NCBI RefSeq assembly: GCF_963921235.1
Contig: NC_086097.1
Span: 30,010,001 to 30,074,000 of the forward strand
Length of the DNA stretch: 64,000 bases
DNA from: Mobula hypostoma
Taxonomy: Eukaryota
Direction of reading: 5' to 3'
Shown: one piece after another, positions 1-11,599 of the stretch
Layout: the number at the start of each line of letters is the position of its first letter
Numbering within the stretch: position 1 is the stretch's first letter
Program-made: the position numbers and the translations under genes
The notes under the pieces: generated by a model
The model's input: the letters and a program-made list of their open reading frames with translations, nothing else
The model's database searches: none
Told to the model about the DNA's origin: nothing

Positions 1-297
1 ACACCCTGATAGGGTGTCCGTAATGAATAGACGACGACCCCGGTAACTTGAACCCACGCTGTTCACAGACCTCTGATATCCCGATGCGCTGGCACTGTCG
101 AGGCTGCAATGAGGTCGGTCCTCGGCGTTCGTGCCGAAGAGTCCACGGTTAAAAACACAAGACCGGCGTGGTCTGGTTCGGAGCCGCATTCTTGAGTAAG
201 ATGGACGCTCTGCCGTCAGGGCTTACTGAGGCCTGGCTGACCTGCTGTCTTTCAAGGGCCATGAGAGCGAGGGCTACGCGAACTTGATTAGGCATTT
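1..297 (-). mobile_element. Gypsy LTR retrotransposon, decayed: gag C-terminus (degenerate zinc knuckle) and region leading into the protease; continues beyond the window start
   Basis: Minus-strand translation across frameshifts gives MPNQVRVALA...TTPVLCF/RGLFGTNAEDRPHCSLDSASASGYQRSVNSVGSSYRGRRLFITDTLSG. This resembles the Gypsy gag knuckle (LCFYHxxFGxxAxxCxxPC) and the LFITD..SG segment preceding the protease. It joins 6525 once the LINE at 298-6509 is removed. Confidence 0.8.
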
Positions 298-1120
298 CTT
301 CTTCTTCTTGTGTTGTTTTATGGCGGTTGGCAAACCAGCTTTAAGGTGCATTACCGCCACCTGCTAGACTGGAGTGTGGATCGTTGGATAAACAGGAGAA
401 GGGAAAAGAATTGCATTCCCTATATTCCGTATAATAAACCCGAGTCTTTCAGATACTTCATGATACGGATCTGTATTTCTCTTGAATTCCCACTTAAAAT
501 ATCTTCTATACCCACAGCAGTTTTTTTGTTTATCTTAAGCGCTCCTATCATCTTCACTCTTTCTCGTTGGTACTTCTTACATTTTATCAATACCTGTTCA
601 ACTGTTTCTGGTTGATTACACTGTTCACACAACCCAGTTGGATGTTTCCTTATTTTATGTAATGTGTAATTAAGACTTGTGTGTCCAATTCTTAAACGAT
701 TGATGATCACTTCTGTCTTTCTATATCCACTTGACAATCTTTTGTATCTGACTTGCCTCTGTATTTTGTACAGTTGCCTCCCTGTTTCACTCTCATCCCA
801 GTGCTTCTGCCATGTCTCCTCAATACTGCACGTGTTTTTATAATGCTTTTGACTTCTCCTTTGCTTGGAGGGATCTGGACCTCTATTATAGACAATTTGA
901 GTGATTGTCTGGCTATATTATCCACCTTTTCATTATCCTCCACTCCACAATGAGCAGGAACCCAAAGAAAGCTTACTTCTACCCCATTTTTGGTCAGTGT
1001 ATATAACTTGCATAAAATCTCCAATAAAATATCCTGTCTACTTTCTGATTTTCTTGATTTTATCGAGGTTAATGCAGATAAACTGTCTGAACAGATTGCA
1101 GCCTTTTTGATATTATTTTC

Positions 1121-1964
1121 AAAGTTGTAACAGAAGCAGTTGAGCAGAGAGTACTGCAGCACAACTTCTCTCGTGCCCCATGCTGCACAGAACATGGCAT
1201 ATAATTTGTGAAAGAAGGCTCCAAGTCAAGGGTGTACAGCACAGGCTCACGATCAAGCATACTTTCTTCAGTCAATGACTGGTGTGTCAAGACCGACCTG
1301 GACGGGAAAGGCAGTTTCCCGGAGCAATTAGCTTTCACCACATTGCGTCCAGATATAATCGTATGGTCTGACACCAGTAAAGAAGTGGTTATTGATGAAC
1401 TCACAGTCCCCTGGGAAGACAACATCGATGAAGCCCATGAGCACAAGTTAACCAAGTATGCAGAATTAAAATCAGAGTGCAGAGACAGAGGGTGGAAGGT
1501 CTCATGCTATCCATTCGAAGTAGGCTGCCGTGGGTTTATTGCGTTCACTCTCCAGAAGTGGCTGCGTGACCTTGGCTTCACTAGAAGAGAGATCAAGTCA
1601 ACCAGCAGGGCTGTAGCTAAGGCAGCAGAAAAAGGATCAGCATGGGTGTGGACCAAGTATGTCCAGAGGGGCAGATAGTCAGACAGTATATACATATCTT
1701 GCAAACCCTTCAGTAGTTGCATAGACACCTGAAGAGCAGACTATCTGTTGGATGGAAGTGACCAACAACTCTGATAGAGGCAGATGCCAAGTTTTTAAGC
1801 TCACCAGTGGGAGGTGGTGCTTTAGCACTGCTAGCCCACCACCTCGAGGGAGTCTTGATCATAAGTGGGCCAAAACTCCTGAAGACCGGTGGCAGATCAA
1901 CTGATGATCCCACTGGTGATAGCACAGGACAGTTAACATCTTAGTCCAAGTGTATTTTTAACTA
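1121..1964 (+). mobile_element. 5'-truncated RLE-endonuclease non-LTR retrotransposon (HERO/R2-like): endonuclease region and 3' UTR, inserted in the Nimb RNase H region
   Basis: ORF 1208-1678 has LRPDIIVW...VVIDELTVPWE...KLTKY...FEVGCRGF (PD-(D/E)xK restriction-like endonuclease). The Nimb frame (..WIEE|NNIKKAAICSDS) resumes on both sides. No clear TSD. Confidence 0.85.
1849..1914 (+). ncRNA. Hammerhead-like motif with non-circularly permuted strands (G12 position is A in this copy)
   Basis: GGAGUC|UUGAUC (1849-1860), AGUGGG-C-CAAAACUCC (1864-1879), GAUCAA-CUGAUGA-U-CCCACU (1895-1914). All three stems can form. Confidence 0.5.
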
Positions 1965-4900
1965 TTCTTCTATCCAAGATAATGCACACAAAATTGCCAT
2001 TCATTCTGTTGTATACACTGATAAATGGTTTGATGTTCTTTTCCTGATACTAGTTTTGCACTGAGGAATGTAGTTTGCAATACCTGTGTGGCCAGAGCTA
2101 GGGTCTTTTGATCCATCCGTAGATATTACAAGTTCATTTCTAAAATGCGAGTCTATATATTCTTGTACTATCTGTTTGATTCCATAGTTAGACTTCTTTT
2201 TTAAAAGTTGTTGCAGGTTTTTATCCACTGTATGCATTGTAAAGAGCCATGGAGGAACATCAGATATTGGAACTGTAGGGCTATATTCCATTTTCGTGTA
2301 GACCTTATTTTTGTGCTGCTGCATAACCGATCCATCCAAAGTTATTATAACTTGACTTATTATGTTCCCAGCAGTCTAATATAGCTTTAGCTGGATGTGA
2401 GTAGTTATGCCCCATGATGTTAACCCAATAATGTAGCATTGGCTTTATTCTTCTAAGTCTTAATGGTATTTCCCCCATTTCAACTTGACGAGCTGATATA
2501 GGTGATGTTCTGAATGCACCACTACATATCCTGAGGGCCTGGGCTTGCTCATCATCCAGCATTTTTAAATTACTGTCTGCAGCTGACATGTAAGCTACAC
2601 TTCCATCATCCAATGTAGCCCTCATTAGAGCTTGATAAATATTTAATAGCGATATCCTGCTCGCACCCCAGTCCTGCGCAGCAAGGCCCCTCAATAAGTT
2701 GTTTTTTTTACATTTGTTTGTAATTTTCTCAATTTGCTTTTTCCATGTAAGTTTCTCATCAAATAACAAACCAAGGAACCGAATTACCTTTACCTGCTCT
2801 AATTTTTGTTCATATAATTTCATGGAAATTGGTTTGTGACTTCTTGAGAAACATATCACTTGCAACTTATAGACAATTTGAAACCCCATTTATTTGCCCA
2901 CTCCTCCACTTTATTTATTGCATCTTGCATTTTTCTTTGTATATAAATTAAATTTCTTCCCCTCACCCATAAAGCCCCATTATCTGCATATAAGGATTTC
3001 CCCACACTATGTTTAACTTGCGCAAATATGTCATTTATCACTATGGAAAATAGTAATGGACTGCAGTCACTACCTTGTGGTGTTCTGTTTTCAACCAAAT
3101 ATGTCCTGGAGTACTCTGTTTCCACCTTGACTTGAATTGTTCGACCAAAAAGAAAGTCTAGAACCCAATTATATAATTTTCCTTCCACCCCTAGTTCTTT
3201 CAATTTGATTAACACTCCCTCTTTCCAGAGCATGTCATATGCCTTTTCTATGTCAAAAAATACCGCCAGGACCCAACAAACTTTATTTGTTTGAGCCTTC
3301 CTAATTTCAGATTCCAAGCTAAGTATTGAATCTACTGTAGTTCTTCCTTTACGAAAACCACTTTGGTAGGGAGAAATAAGATTTCTTTTTTCTAGAAAGT
3401 ATGTAAGTCTATCAGTTATTATTCGTTCCATAAGTTTACCTAGTTGTGAAGTTAGTGCAATTGGTCTATAATTTGTTGGGTCTGATGAATCTTTACCAGG
3501 TTTTAATACTGGAACAATAACAGAATGTTTCTATGCAGTTGGTAGTTTACCTATTTCCCATATTTTATTAAACAGTCTCTGTAGAACTAGAAGTACACTT
3601 TTTGATAAATGCTTCAGCATTATACCCCATACTTGATCCTTCCCAGGAGAAGATGGCCAGTCATTCATAATGGCTCTTTCTCTTTCTGTTACACTAATAG
3701 GTGTATCCAGCACTTCTTCAGATGTTGTTCTTTTGTCTGTAATTCCTGAATTTTGCTTAAGCCTCTCCTCCCTTTGCTGTCTAGCCTTGACCATCAAATT
3801 CTCCGAGCTATGTATGTTTACAAAAGTTTTTGCCAATATTGCTGCTTTTTCTACATTGTTAATTGCCATTTTGTTCTTACTTTTTAGCACAGGAATCTCT
3901 TTACTACTTATACCATTCACTTTCCTTATCATGCCCCCTATTTCGGATAGCTGAGTTTCTCTTCCAATTTTGTTACAATACTGTCTCCAAAATGCTCGCT
4001 TTACTTGTCCGATTGTTTTCCAAACTTCTGATTGTTTTCTTTTGTATTACATTAGTGTTTCTACCAAATGTTGTCTTTTTAACATTTTAAATGCTTTATT
4101 TCTTGCTTTTATACTTCTACTACATTCACAATTCCACCATGGAACATTTTCCTGTTTCCTGTACCTTTACTTTTCAAAATTGTTTCTTCTGCTGGATTTA
4201 TAATTGCTGTGACCAATTTATAATTCATTTCTTCTGTATCTGATATATTTTCATCTAAAATCTTAGTGCATCTTACTTCACTTCTTGTTTGAAATGTCTC
4301 CCACTCTGCCTTATTTATTTTCCACCTTGACACTTTCGATCCTACATTTTGTTCCATTTTAACCTGAATCCTTGTGAGTAAGGGATAGTGATCACTTCCT
4401 ACTGTAGTTTGTTTCAATATGTTCCAAGTACTGATCCCTGCTAATTCTCTACTTACAAATGTTAAGTCTATTGCAGTTATATTTGTAAGTAGAAAATATA
4501 TTATATTCCGGGATATATCTCATACCTTCTCCATTATTTATACATACCAGTTTTTCATCATCTAGAAATTCTTCTATCACTAATCCATTTTCATCCACAT
4601 TTTTACATCCCCATAGTGTACTGTGTCCATTGAAATCCCCACACTATATTATTTTCCCTTGCATCCTACCACCCACTTCGTTTAATGTATCTTTGCTTCG
4701 TCTTCTACATGGATTATAATAATTTATTATTACCAAGCTTTCTCTGCCTATCCATATTTTGACTATTATTGATTCATACTTCTGCCCTATGTTGACTATA
4801 TTATATCTCATCCCACTGGCTATAAATATTACTACTACTCCACCATTGCTATTGCTTCTATCCCTCCTAATAGCTGTACATCCTTGTAAAACAAAATCTA

Positions 4901-5902
4901 ATTGTGGTTTCAACCATGTTCCTTGTATACACAAGAGGTTTTTCCTTAAGTTCTGATACATATTTCTTAAATTCTTGACCATTTGCGATAAGACTCCTTG
5001 CATTCCATTGCAGTATATATATTGCTATTAAGATCCCGCCTCCCCTGCCTGTGATCTGTTTGATCCTCCATTCAGTGTTTTTTCAACTGCTTCCCACCTA
5101 AGCCCTGTAATACCAAGATATTTTTCTGCAGACTTGACTATAATTTTAATTTTTTTCTGTTCTTTTGTCTGTTTGCGCTGAACAGTTAATTGAATCTACC
5201 ATAAACAGTACGAAATCTTTTCTATTCATTATTAGTGTATCCTTATTTATCTTATTACAGCCCTCACAGTTCAGCGGTTTATTATTCCCTGTATTTGTTT
5301 GCTTAGTAGCTTCCTCCTTTTCAGCAAAACCTTTCACTGCCTCAGCGTAACTAATCCCTTGAGTTACTTTAACATATTGTATCTCAGCTGGCTTCTTGCT
5401 AATAATGCACCCTCGTTAAGCTGCGCTGTGTTCCTCGCCGCAATTGCAGCATTTCAGCCTAGCTCCCGCCTCACACTTCCCGTATTCATGTTCTCCAGCG
5501 CATCTCCCACATCTTTTTCCCCCTCTGCAGACCACCGCAATGTGCCCAAATTTCTGACATTTAAAACATCTTAAAGGCGGTGGTATATATATTCTGACCT
5601 CATAACACATATACCCTAAATAAACTTTAGTCGGCAATCTCTCTTCATCAAAGTTAATCATCACTGATAAACTATCACACTTGTTTTCCATCTCTTGTAA
5701 CTTCCGAACGTTTGGCCTCAATAATCTTTTCTCCTTTTACGTTCTGTTTAATTTCACCCATTGTAACTTTTGTTGGTATCCCCGAAATAACTCGTCCACT
5801 TTCTATTGTCGAGTATTGAGCACTGTACTTTTTTTGCCATCTATTTTATTTAATCTTATCACTTTGCTTTGCTGAGCACTATCCCGACATATCGCTAATA
5901 GC

Positions 5903-6082
5903 AATACACATAAAAATTGCTAGTGAACGCAGCAGGCCAGGCAGCATCTCTAGGAAGAGGTACAGTCGACGTTTCAGGCCGAGACCCTTCGTCAGGACTA
6001 ACTGAAAGAAGAGATGGTAAGAGATTTGAAAGTGCGAGGGGGAGGGGGAGATCCGTCATCTGCAGATTTCCTCGTGTTTGCG
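5903..6082 (-). mobile_element. Short Penelope pLTR insertion with inverted tail segment
   Basis: 14-bp TSD atatcgctaatagc (5889-5902) / atatcactaatagc (6083-6096). 5903-6054 is homologous to the pLTR at 15170-15320 in reverse. 6057-6081 is the tail in forward orientation. Confidence 0.9.
5963..6000 (-). ncRNA. Minimal type I hammerhead ribozyme (Penelope pLTR), intact core
   Basis: Minus strand reads UAGUC-CUGACGA-A-GGGUcucgGCCU-GAAAC-GUC|GACUG. Confidence 0.8.
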
Positions 6083-6524
6083 ATATCACTAATAGCGGTC
6101 CATTTCGTAATATCTTGGCTCTTTTGACTTCGCCTATAAATTTGTTGATTACCTTCGTCAAATGAATCGGGTTCCAATCCCCGAAAGATGCCCCGTCTTC
6201 GTACAGTTTTATAATTGCTTTAATCTCATCTTCTTTCCATTCTTTTGCTAGCTTTTTTCGATCATCCCCGACCCCTCAGAATTTGACTGCTCATACCTGT
6301 TTTCTTTTCTTACTCCTTACACTCTATTCCTCTTTCCCTCCATCTTCCATCTCTAACTCACTTCCCGAATTGTCACTTCCTCCTGCCATTCCCCCGTCCA
6401 TTCGCAGTCTAGTTGTTTAGCCAATCACTATCATCCTCCGAAGAACCAGCATAAATCCAAAGTAAAACACTGCAGGCAGAACTCCGGGACCAGCCCGACC
6501 AGCTGGCCCCTTGATTTAGCATTT

Positions 6525-6952
6525 GTTGAATAATGAGCTCTTTAAAAATAAAGCAAGGATACTAATTGCCCAGGAGAGATAGCACGTGGCCCATTAGCTC
6601 TGAATGCCTAGCATCACCTGGGGCGGACAAGGGAGCAACAGTTCTGCTGCTCAAACTCCGACAGTCCAAAACTCTGTACTAGGTGAGTTTTCTGAGTCAC
6701 ATATTTATCACGTACAAGCGGGTATTCTAGTAGAGTCACTCTGGCTGCAGTGGAACTTCTTAGCTATGCTACGGCTTGATAGAATTTGGTATTGTCCACG
6801 GTGATTTCTCGCAGCGCGAACTGGGCTGGGCTTCCGCCTGTGTGAACCACGCGGTAGCGCGGCTCCCAAATCTCCGGCGGCTTGAAAACGACTGCGTTGT
6901 TCGACGTGTCGTTCAGTGACTCCGGTATCGTCCGAGAGCATTGGGGTCACCA
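6525..6952 (-). mobile_element. Gypsy element primer-binding site and gag N-terminus, decayed
   Basis: PBS-like TGGTGACCCC (minus, 6943-6952). Then NAVVFKPPEIWE/ATAWFTQAEAQ/FALREITVDNTKFYQAVA*LRSSTAARV..LLEYP...DKY...KTHLVQSFGLSE.../SELMGHVLSLLGN*YPCFIFKELIIQQM, matching the Gypsy gag pattern KLPxFW...WFxQxEAQF...ITxDxTK. Confidence 0.85.
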
Positions 6953-7180
6953 GCGTAGCTTTTGTAGATAAATGTGTGCTTCACTAAAGCCGCAGCCCTT
7001 TTCTTCCATTACGAACAAAACCCAAAGTGCTATTTCTCCTGGGCAATTAATATCCTTTATTTTTAAAGAGCTCATTATGCAACAAATGCCTAATCAAGTT
7101 CGCGTAGCCCTAGCTCACATGAAAGACCTCATTTAAGTCCTGACAGCAGTGCGTCCATCTTACTCAAGAATGCGGCTCCG

Positions 7181-8341
7181 CATATTCAAGAACGATGATG
7201 CACAAAGTAACCCTTTAACTGAATACTTTACATTACCACAGGAAGTTCATAAAGCACCAGTGTTTTATAAAATGTTCAAGCATTCTGTGGGTGAATCGTG
7301 TAACAATCTCAAAGCGGTATGGCAGAAAGATCTTGGAAGCGATATTGAAGATAGTGGTCAAATATTTTATCAAATGTGGGTAGACATATTAGGGAAGCGA
7401 GAGGGAAATTTATTCCATATAAGATAGTACACATATTATTGGACATCAACTAGACGCTACAAAATCGGGTTTGTTGATAATTTATGCTGGAAATGTAAAA
7501 GTGAGGTGGGCATATATTTTCACGTGATTTGGGAGGGTTCCATGGTTCGTCCATTTTGGTGTAAAGTTCTTGATTTGGGGAGTTGGTCGGGTTCCACACT
7601 GCCCTTGGGCCCATGACTTTGTCTCCTGAGTGATAGGACAATGAAACCTAATGTAAACAATGCCAAGTTCACTATTTTAAAGGTGGGTCTCATCACAGCT
7701 GCAAGAATTATATTGCAAAACTGGGGGAAAAACCCAGATGTCCCACTGTGAAGGAATGGACTGAGGAAATGATTAAGATTTCATCATATGAACACATGTT
7801 GAGAAGAACTAACAGTGAGGGAAAAGTGCAAGGCACGTGGGATCGATTTTGGTTGTATGTTAATTTAAACTTAAATTAGAACTACTTTCTGTTTCTAAGT
7901 TTTACTTGTTTTCCTGTCATGGGATGGCTGTGTAAAAGTGCTGTACCCTAGCTGCTCTGATATGCCGATCTGCTTTGTTAAATAATAATAAAAATTTGAC
8001 GTGTGGTCACGTGGCCAAGTGGTTAAGGCATCCGACCAGCGATCTGAAGGTCTTGAGTTCGAGCCCCAGCCGAGGCAACGTGTTGTGTCCTTCAGCAAGG
8101 CACTTAATCACACGTTGCTCTGCGGCGACACTGGTGCCAAGCTGTACGGGTCCTAATGACCTTCCCTTGGACAACATTGGTGTCGTGGAGAGGGGAGACT
8201 TGCAGCATGGGCAACTGCTGGTCTTCCATACAACCTTGTCCAGTCCTGCGCCCTGGAGAGTGAAGACTTTCCAGGCGCAGATCCATGGTCTCGCAAGACT
8301 AACGGATGCCTTTTTAATAAAAATTTGAATTACAAAAAAAA
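7181..8341 (+). mobile_element. 5'-truncated L1/Tx1-type LINE 3' end with poly(A) tail
   Basis: 12-bp TSD aatgcggctccg (7169-7180, 8342-8353). Translates to LKAVWQKDLG...YYWT...NLCWKCKSEVG (ORF2 C-terminal Cys region). A-tail at ~8333-8341. Confidence 0.85.
8000..8314 (+). mobile_element. tRNA-derived SINE, full length
   Basis: A box TGGCCAAGTGG and B box GAGTTCGAGCC. 14-bp TSD taataaaaatttga (7986-7999, 8315-8328). Near-identical copies at 25735-25948 (-) and 37263-37561 (+). Confidence 0.9.
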
Positions 8342-8679
8342 AATGCGGCTCCGAACCCGACAACACCGGTCTTGTGTTTTAACCGTGGACTCTTCTGCAC
8401 GAACGCTAAGCGCCAACCTCAATGCAGCCTCGACCGTTTCTTACACTGACGGCATTACGTCAGACCCCGTTTCTCAAAGTGAATAATGTGTGTCATCTGT
8501 CATTCATTGTATTACCCTACACAATACCACTCCAAAACCAAGGCTACCCAAACTTGTTATCCTTGCCTTTATTCTGACAGAAACATACAGAGCAGCAGCC
8601 AAAATGCCGGAGGAACTCAGCAGGCCAGGCAGTATCTATCGGAAAAAGAAAACAGGCAGCGTATTGAGCCGAGACTCAT

Positions 8680-9290
8680 CAGGAACATACAAACTCCGTA
8701 CGCTCAAAATTTCACTTTCCCACTTACCAGAAAACAACCTGTCCCAATCCACACGTGCCAGATCCTTTCTGATACCATTAAAATTGGCCTTTCTCCAACT
8801 TAGAATCTCAAACCGAGCACCAAACCTATCCTCCTTCATAATTATCTTCAAACTAACGGCATTATGATTATTGGGTTCAAAGTGTTCCCCTACACAAACG
8901 GCTGTCACCTGCCGTGCCTCCTTCCTTAATAGGAGATCTAGTATTGTACTCTCTCTAGTTGGGACTTCTGCATTGATTAAGGAAATTTTCCTGAACACAT
9001 TTGACAAACTTCATTTCATCTTTGAGAGTCCTAGTCAATATGTGGAAAGTTAAAACCACCTATCACAAGCTTAAGTTTCTTGCAACAGCCTGTGATCTCT
9101 CTACAAACTTGTCCCTCTAAATCCCGCTCGCTGTTGGGTGGTCAATAATAGAATCCTATTAACGTGGCCATATCTTTCTTATTCCTCAGTTTCACCCGTA
9201 TAACTCAAGTAAGCGAGTTCTCTGATCACTGCCGTGACATTTTCCCCGATTAGTCACGTTACCCCTCCCGCCTATCCCGTCTGAACCCTG
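8680..9290 (-). mobile_element. CR1 LINE ORF2 fragment (APE region)
   Basis: ORF 8636-9007 has PTRESTILDLLL...VGEHF..NNHNAVSLKI...LSWRKANFNGIRKDL, typical of CR1. Confidence 0.75.
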
Positions 9291-9914
9291 GAACGCTGAA
9301 AACTAAGATGGTTTGTTACTCCAGATTCTAGTGTATGCCGTTTCCTGTAACTCTGCAGTCAAATAGGCTACCTTGGACTGTGCTTATCCGTGTCTCTCAT
9401 AATTTTATATCCTAGCAGAGTTAACCCCTCCGCCTCCCCGGAGAAAACAACCCAGGTTTATCCGACCGCTCCTTTTAGCACACGCCCTCTAAACCAAGCG
9501 ACATGCCGATTAACTAATCCGGCACCCGCACACTCTTTCCGTAATGGGGCGACCAGAACGACACGAAATGCTCCAACACAAGAGAATCTGCAGCTGCTGG
9601 AAATCCAAAGCAACACACACAAAATGCTGTAGGAACTCAGCAAATCAGGCAGCATTTATGAAGGGTCTTTGCGCCAGAACATGGACGGTCCATTTCCCTC
9701 CATCCGATCCGCTGAGTTCCTCCGTCAATTTATAAAACCACAAGACCTTAAAACATTGGAACAGATTTGGGCAATTCGGCCCACTGAGTCTGTTCCTCTA
9801 TTCGATCATGGCTGATTTATTATCCCCTCAACCCCATTCTCCGCATGACCTTGACCCCCTTTTCAACCTCCGCTTTAAATACAATTATCCAAATTTGTTT
9901 TAGCCATGGATATC

Positions 9915-10280
9915 TTTCAAAGTTCACAGTGACTTTATTATTAAAGTACATGTTACCATATACAACCTTAAGATTTATTTTCTTGTAGAAAAAAATAAAG
10001 TAATACAATAAAATTTACGAAAAAGACATGACTGACAATTAGTGTTCAAAAGACGATAAATTGTGCATATAAAAAAAGAGTTGCAAAGAGTTCTTGAAAG
10101 TGAGTCTGTAGGTCGTGGAATCAGTTGAGAGTGGTGGTGATTGAAATTATCCGCGCTGGTTCAAGGGCTTGATGGTCGAGGGAAATAGCTGTTCCTGAAC
10201 CTGGTGGTGTGGGGCCTTAAGGCCGCTGTATCTCCTGCCCCGTGGTAGTAGCGAGAAGAGAGCCAGACCTGGATGATGGG
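9915..10280 (-). mobile_element. Rex1/Babar-type LINE 3' end
   Basis: HTTRFRNSYFP C-terminal motif on the minus strand, then AATAAA and a (TTTGAA)-like tail. Confidence 0.6.
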
Positions 10281-11599
10281 GACTTGACAGGAGCGAGCGG
10301 CTGGAATTTGGGATTGAAGTCCTTTCACTCCCGCTTTCACCCCCCCCCCCCCACCGTCCCCGCGCAACCGGACCATCTGAGGAGAATTCCCGGCACTATA
10401 TTCAGAGAACACGGAACAGTACAACACGGAATCAAGCCCTTCGGCCCTCGAGTAACCCTATTGAAAACAAATGTTAGATCCGCTCCTCCGAGTGGGATCT
10501 TGCTCTGAACACACTTCCTGTCAAATGCTGCCGGCTCTGTGAGAGCCACTAATCCTGACTCAAACCCACGGGCCGCTTTGTGACACAACTGCGATTTGGA
10601 GAGAGTTTAAAAAAAAATAACAGTTTAATTCTAAAGTCAGGTTTTGCGAGAGAAAATGGTTTTGTAACCTGAGCCCATCTACCAAACGATATCCGGTGTA
10701 CATGGATGTTAAGATTGTTTTTTTTTAAGATTCACTCAGTGATTCTTCCCTTCTGCCATCAGATTTCGGTACAGTCCATGAACTCTGCCGTAGACAATCC
10801 CAAACCCGGCTGCAACCTTATCTTTGGGAGAGGAGGGGTCTTCAAAGAGGTACTACAGCTGAGGACAGCTTGTAGGACTAACCTAGGACGGGGGACTCTG
10901 TCGACGGCCTATACCTATGAACTACCTCGCTATTTTTTTTTGCACTATTTATATTTATTGTTCCTCAGTTTTTGTTTAAATGCTTTGCACTATAATGCTG
11001 CCACAAGAGAACAAATTTCATGTCATATAAGAGAGTGATAATAAACCTGATTCTGATTCAGACTCACACATTGTCCCGGGAGTGGGGAATGGGAAGGCGG
11101 GTGAACTCTGTTCCCGTACTAATGAAGCATCCTCACCAATGCTCTGGGCACGACTGTTTATTCTCCTCTATTGATGCTGACTTACTTGCTGAATTCCTCG
11201 GGCATCTTGTGCATGTTGCTCCCCGGCACTATCATATTTCCCTAGCCCGTAAGTCAGTAGCTCGTCCCCGCTGTATCCATCCCTCAGTAGTCCAGACCTC
11301 AGAGGGAAAGAACTCTTCCTCACCTATGCCAGAATCGACCCTGGTTCGCCCTCTGCGTTGGAGAGTCAAGTTTGGGAGTGCCGCGGTGCTGGCACAGGAA
11401 ACGTGATGGTGGGGTCAATACAATCAGGGACACAAAAGACTGCAGGTGCTGGAAATCCAGAGATGCTGTCTGACCTGCTGAGTTCCCCCACAACAGGTTG
11501 GAAGAACTCAGCACATCAGACAGCACCTGTGGAGGGGAATAAACAGCCGACGTTTCCGGCCGAGACCCTATTTAAGGACTGGAAAGGAAGGGCATAGAA

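Larger units (their letters stand above)
420..5028 (-). pseudogene. Nimb/I LINE ORF2 (APE endonuclease, reverse transcriptase, RNase H), multiple frameshifts and stops
   Basis: APE: ILQWNARSL, LCIQGTWL, GSDHYP. RT: QSGFRKGR, FFDIEKAYD, TPQGS, LYADN. RNase H: STDGSK, ICSDSLSAL, WVPAHCG. C-terminus: RLRIGH...LCEQC..PETVEQVL. Confidence 0.92.
5027..6389 (-). pseudogene. Nimb/I LINE ORF1 (gag-like, zinc knuckles), disrupted
   Basis: ORF 5416-5721 contains PPPLRCFKCQKFGHIAVVC, CGRCAGEHEYGKC and CCNCGEEHSAA. Interrupted by the Penelope insert at 5903-6082. Boundaries approximate. Confidence 0.85.
298..6509 (-). mobile_element. Near full-length Nimb/I-clade non-LTR retrotransposon (ORF1 + APE-RT-RNase H ORF2), frameshifted
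   Basis: 15-bp TSD cttgattaggcattt (283-297) / cttgatttagcattt (6510-6524). (GAA)n 3' tail at ~298-309. ORF1 has three Cys/His knuckles. ORF2 has APE, RT, RNase H and C-terminal Cys motifs. Confidence 0.92.
7027..8434 (+). repeat. Inverted duplicate of Gypsy gag segment (7027-7180 + 8354-8434)
   Basis: Reverse complement of 97-297 + 6525-6585. Example: aaatgcctaatcaagttcgcgtagccct at 7084 vs agggctacgcgaacttgattaggcattt at 270-297. Confidence 0.9.
6954..8521 (-). mobile_element. Probable 5' LTR of the Gypsy element, split into 8521-8435 and 7026-6954 by an inverted gag copy and later insertions
   Basis: Minus strand starts TGTAGGG at 8521 and ends ...GCTACG at 6954, one base before the PBS (TGTAG...CTACA-like termini). 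The outer boundary is inferred. Confidence 0.5.

Noticed and set aside
1..17. Perfect hairpin acaccct-gat-agggtgt at the window edge
   Set aside because: A 7-bp stem inside Gypsy coding remnant, compatible with chance.
84..128. Resemblance to the U4 snRNA 5' region (tgcgc..tggca..caatgaggt..ggcg) and to the RNase MRP start at ~128
   Set aside because: Short gapped similarity only, no Sm site or downstream match, and the opposite strand is explained as Gypsy gag.
6821..6963. Vault/Y-like Pol III RNA (GGGCTGG...CCAGC..TTTT)
   Set aside because: No convincing A/B boxes, and the region is the Gypsy PBS and gag start on the minus strand.
8000..8075. tRNA gene (also 37263-37340)
   Set aside because: A/B boxes are the head of a multi-copy SINE with body, tail and TSD. 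No clean acceptor stem or terminator.
97..8434. Long inverted arms as TIRs of a DNA transposon or as paired LTRs
   Set aside because: The arms translate as Gypsy gag, contiguous with the gag in the spacer.
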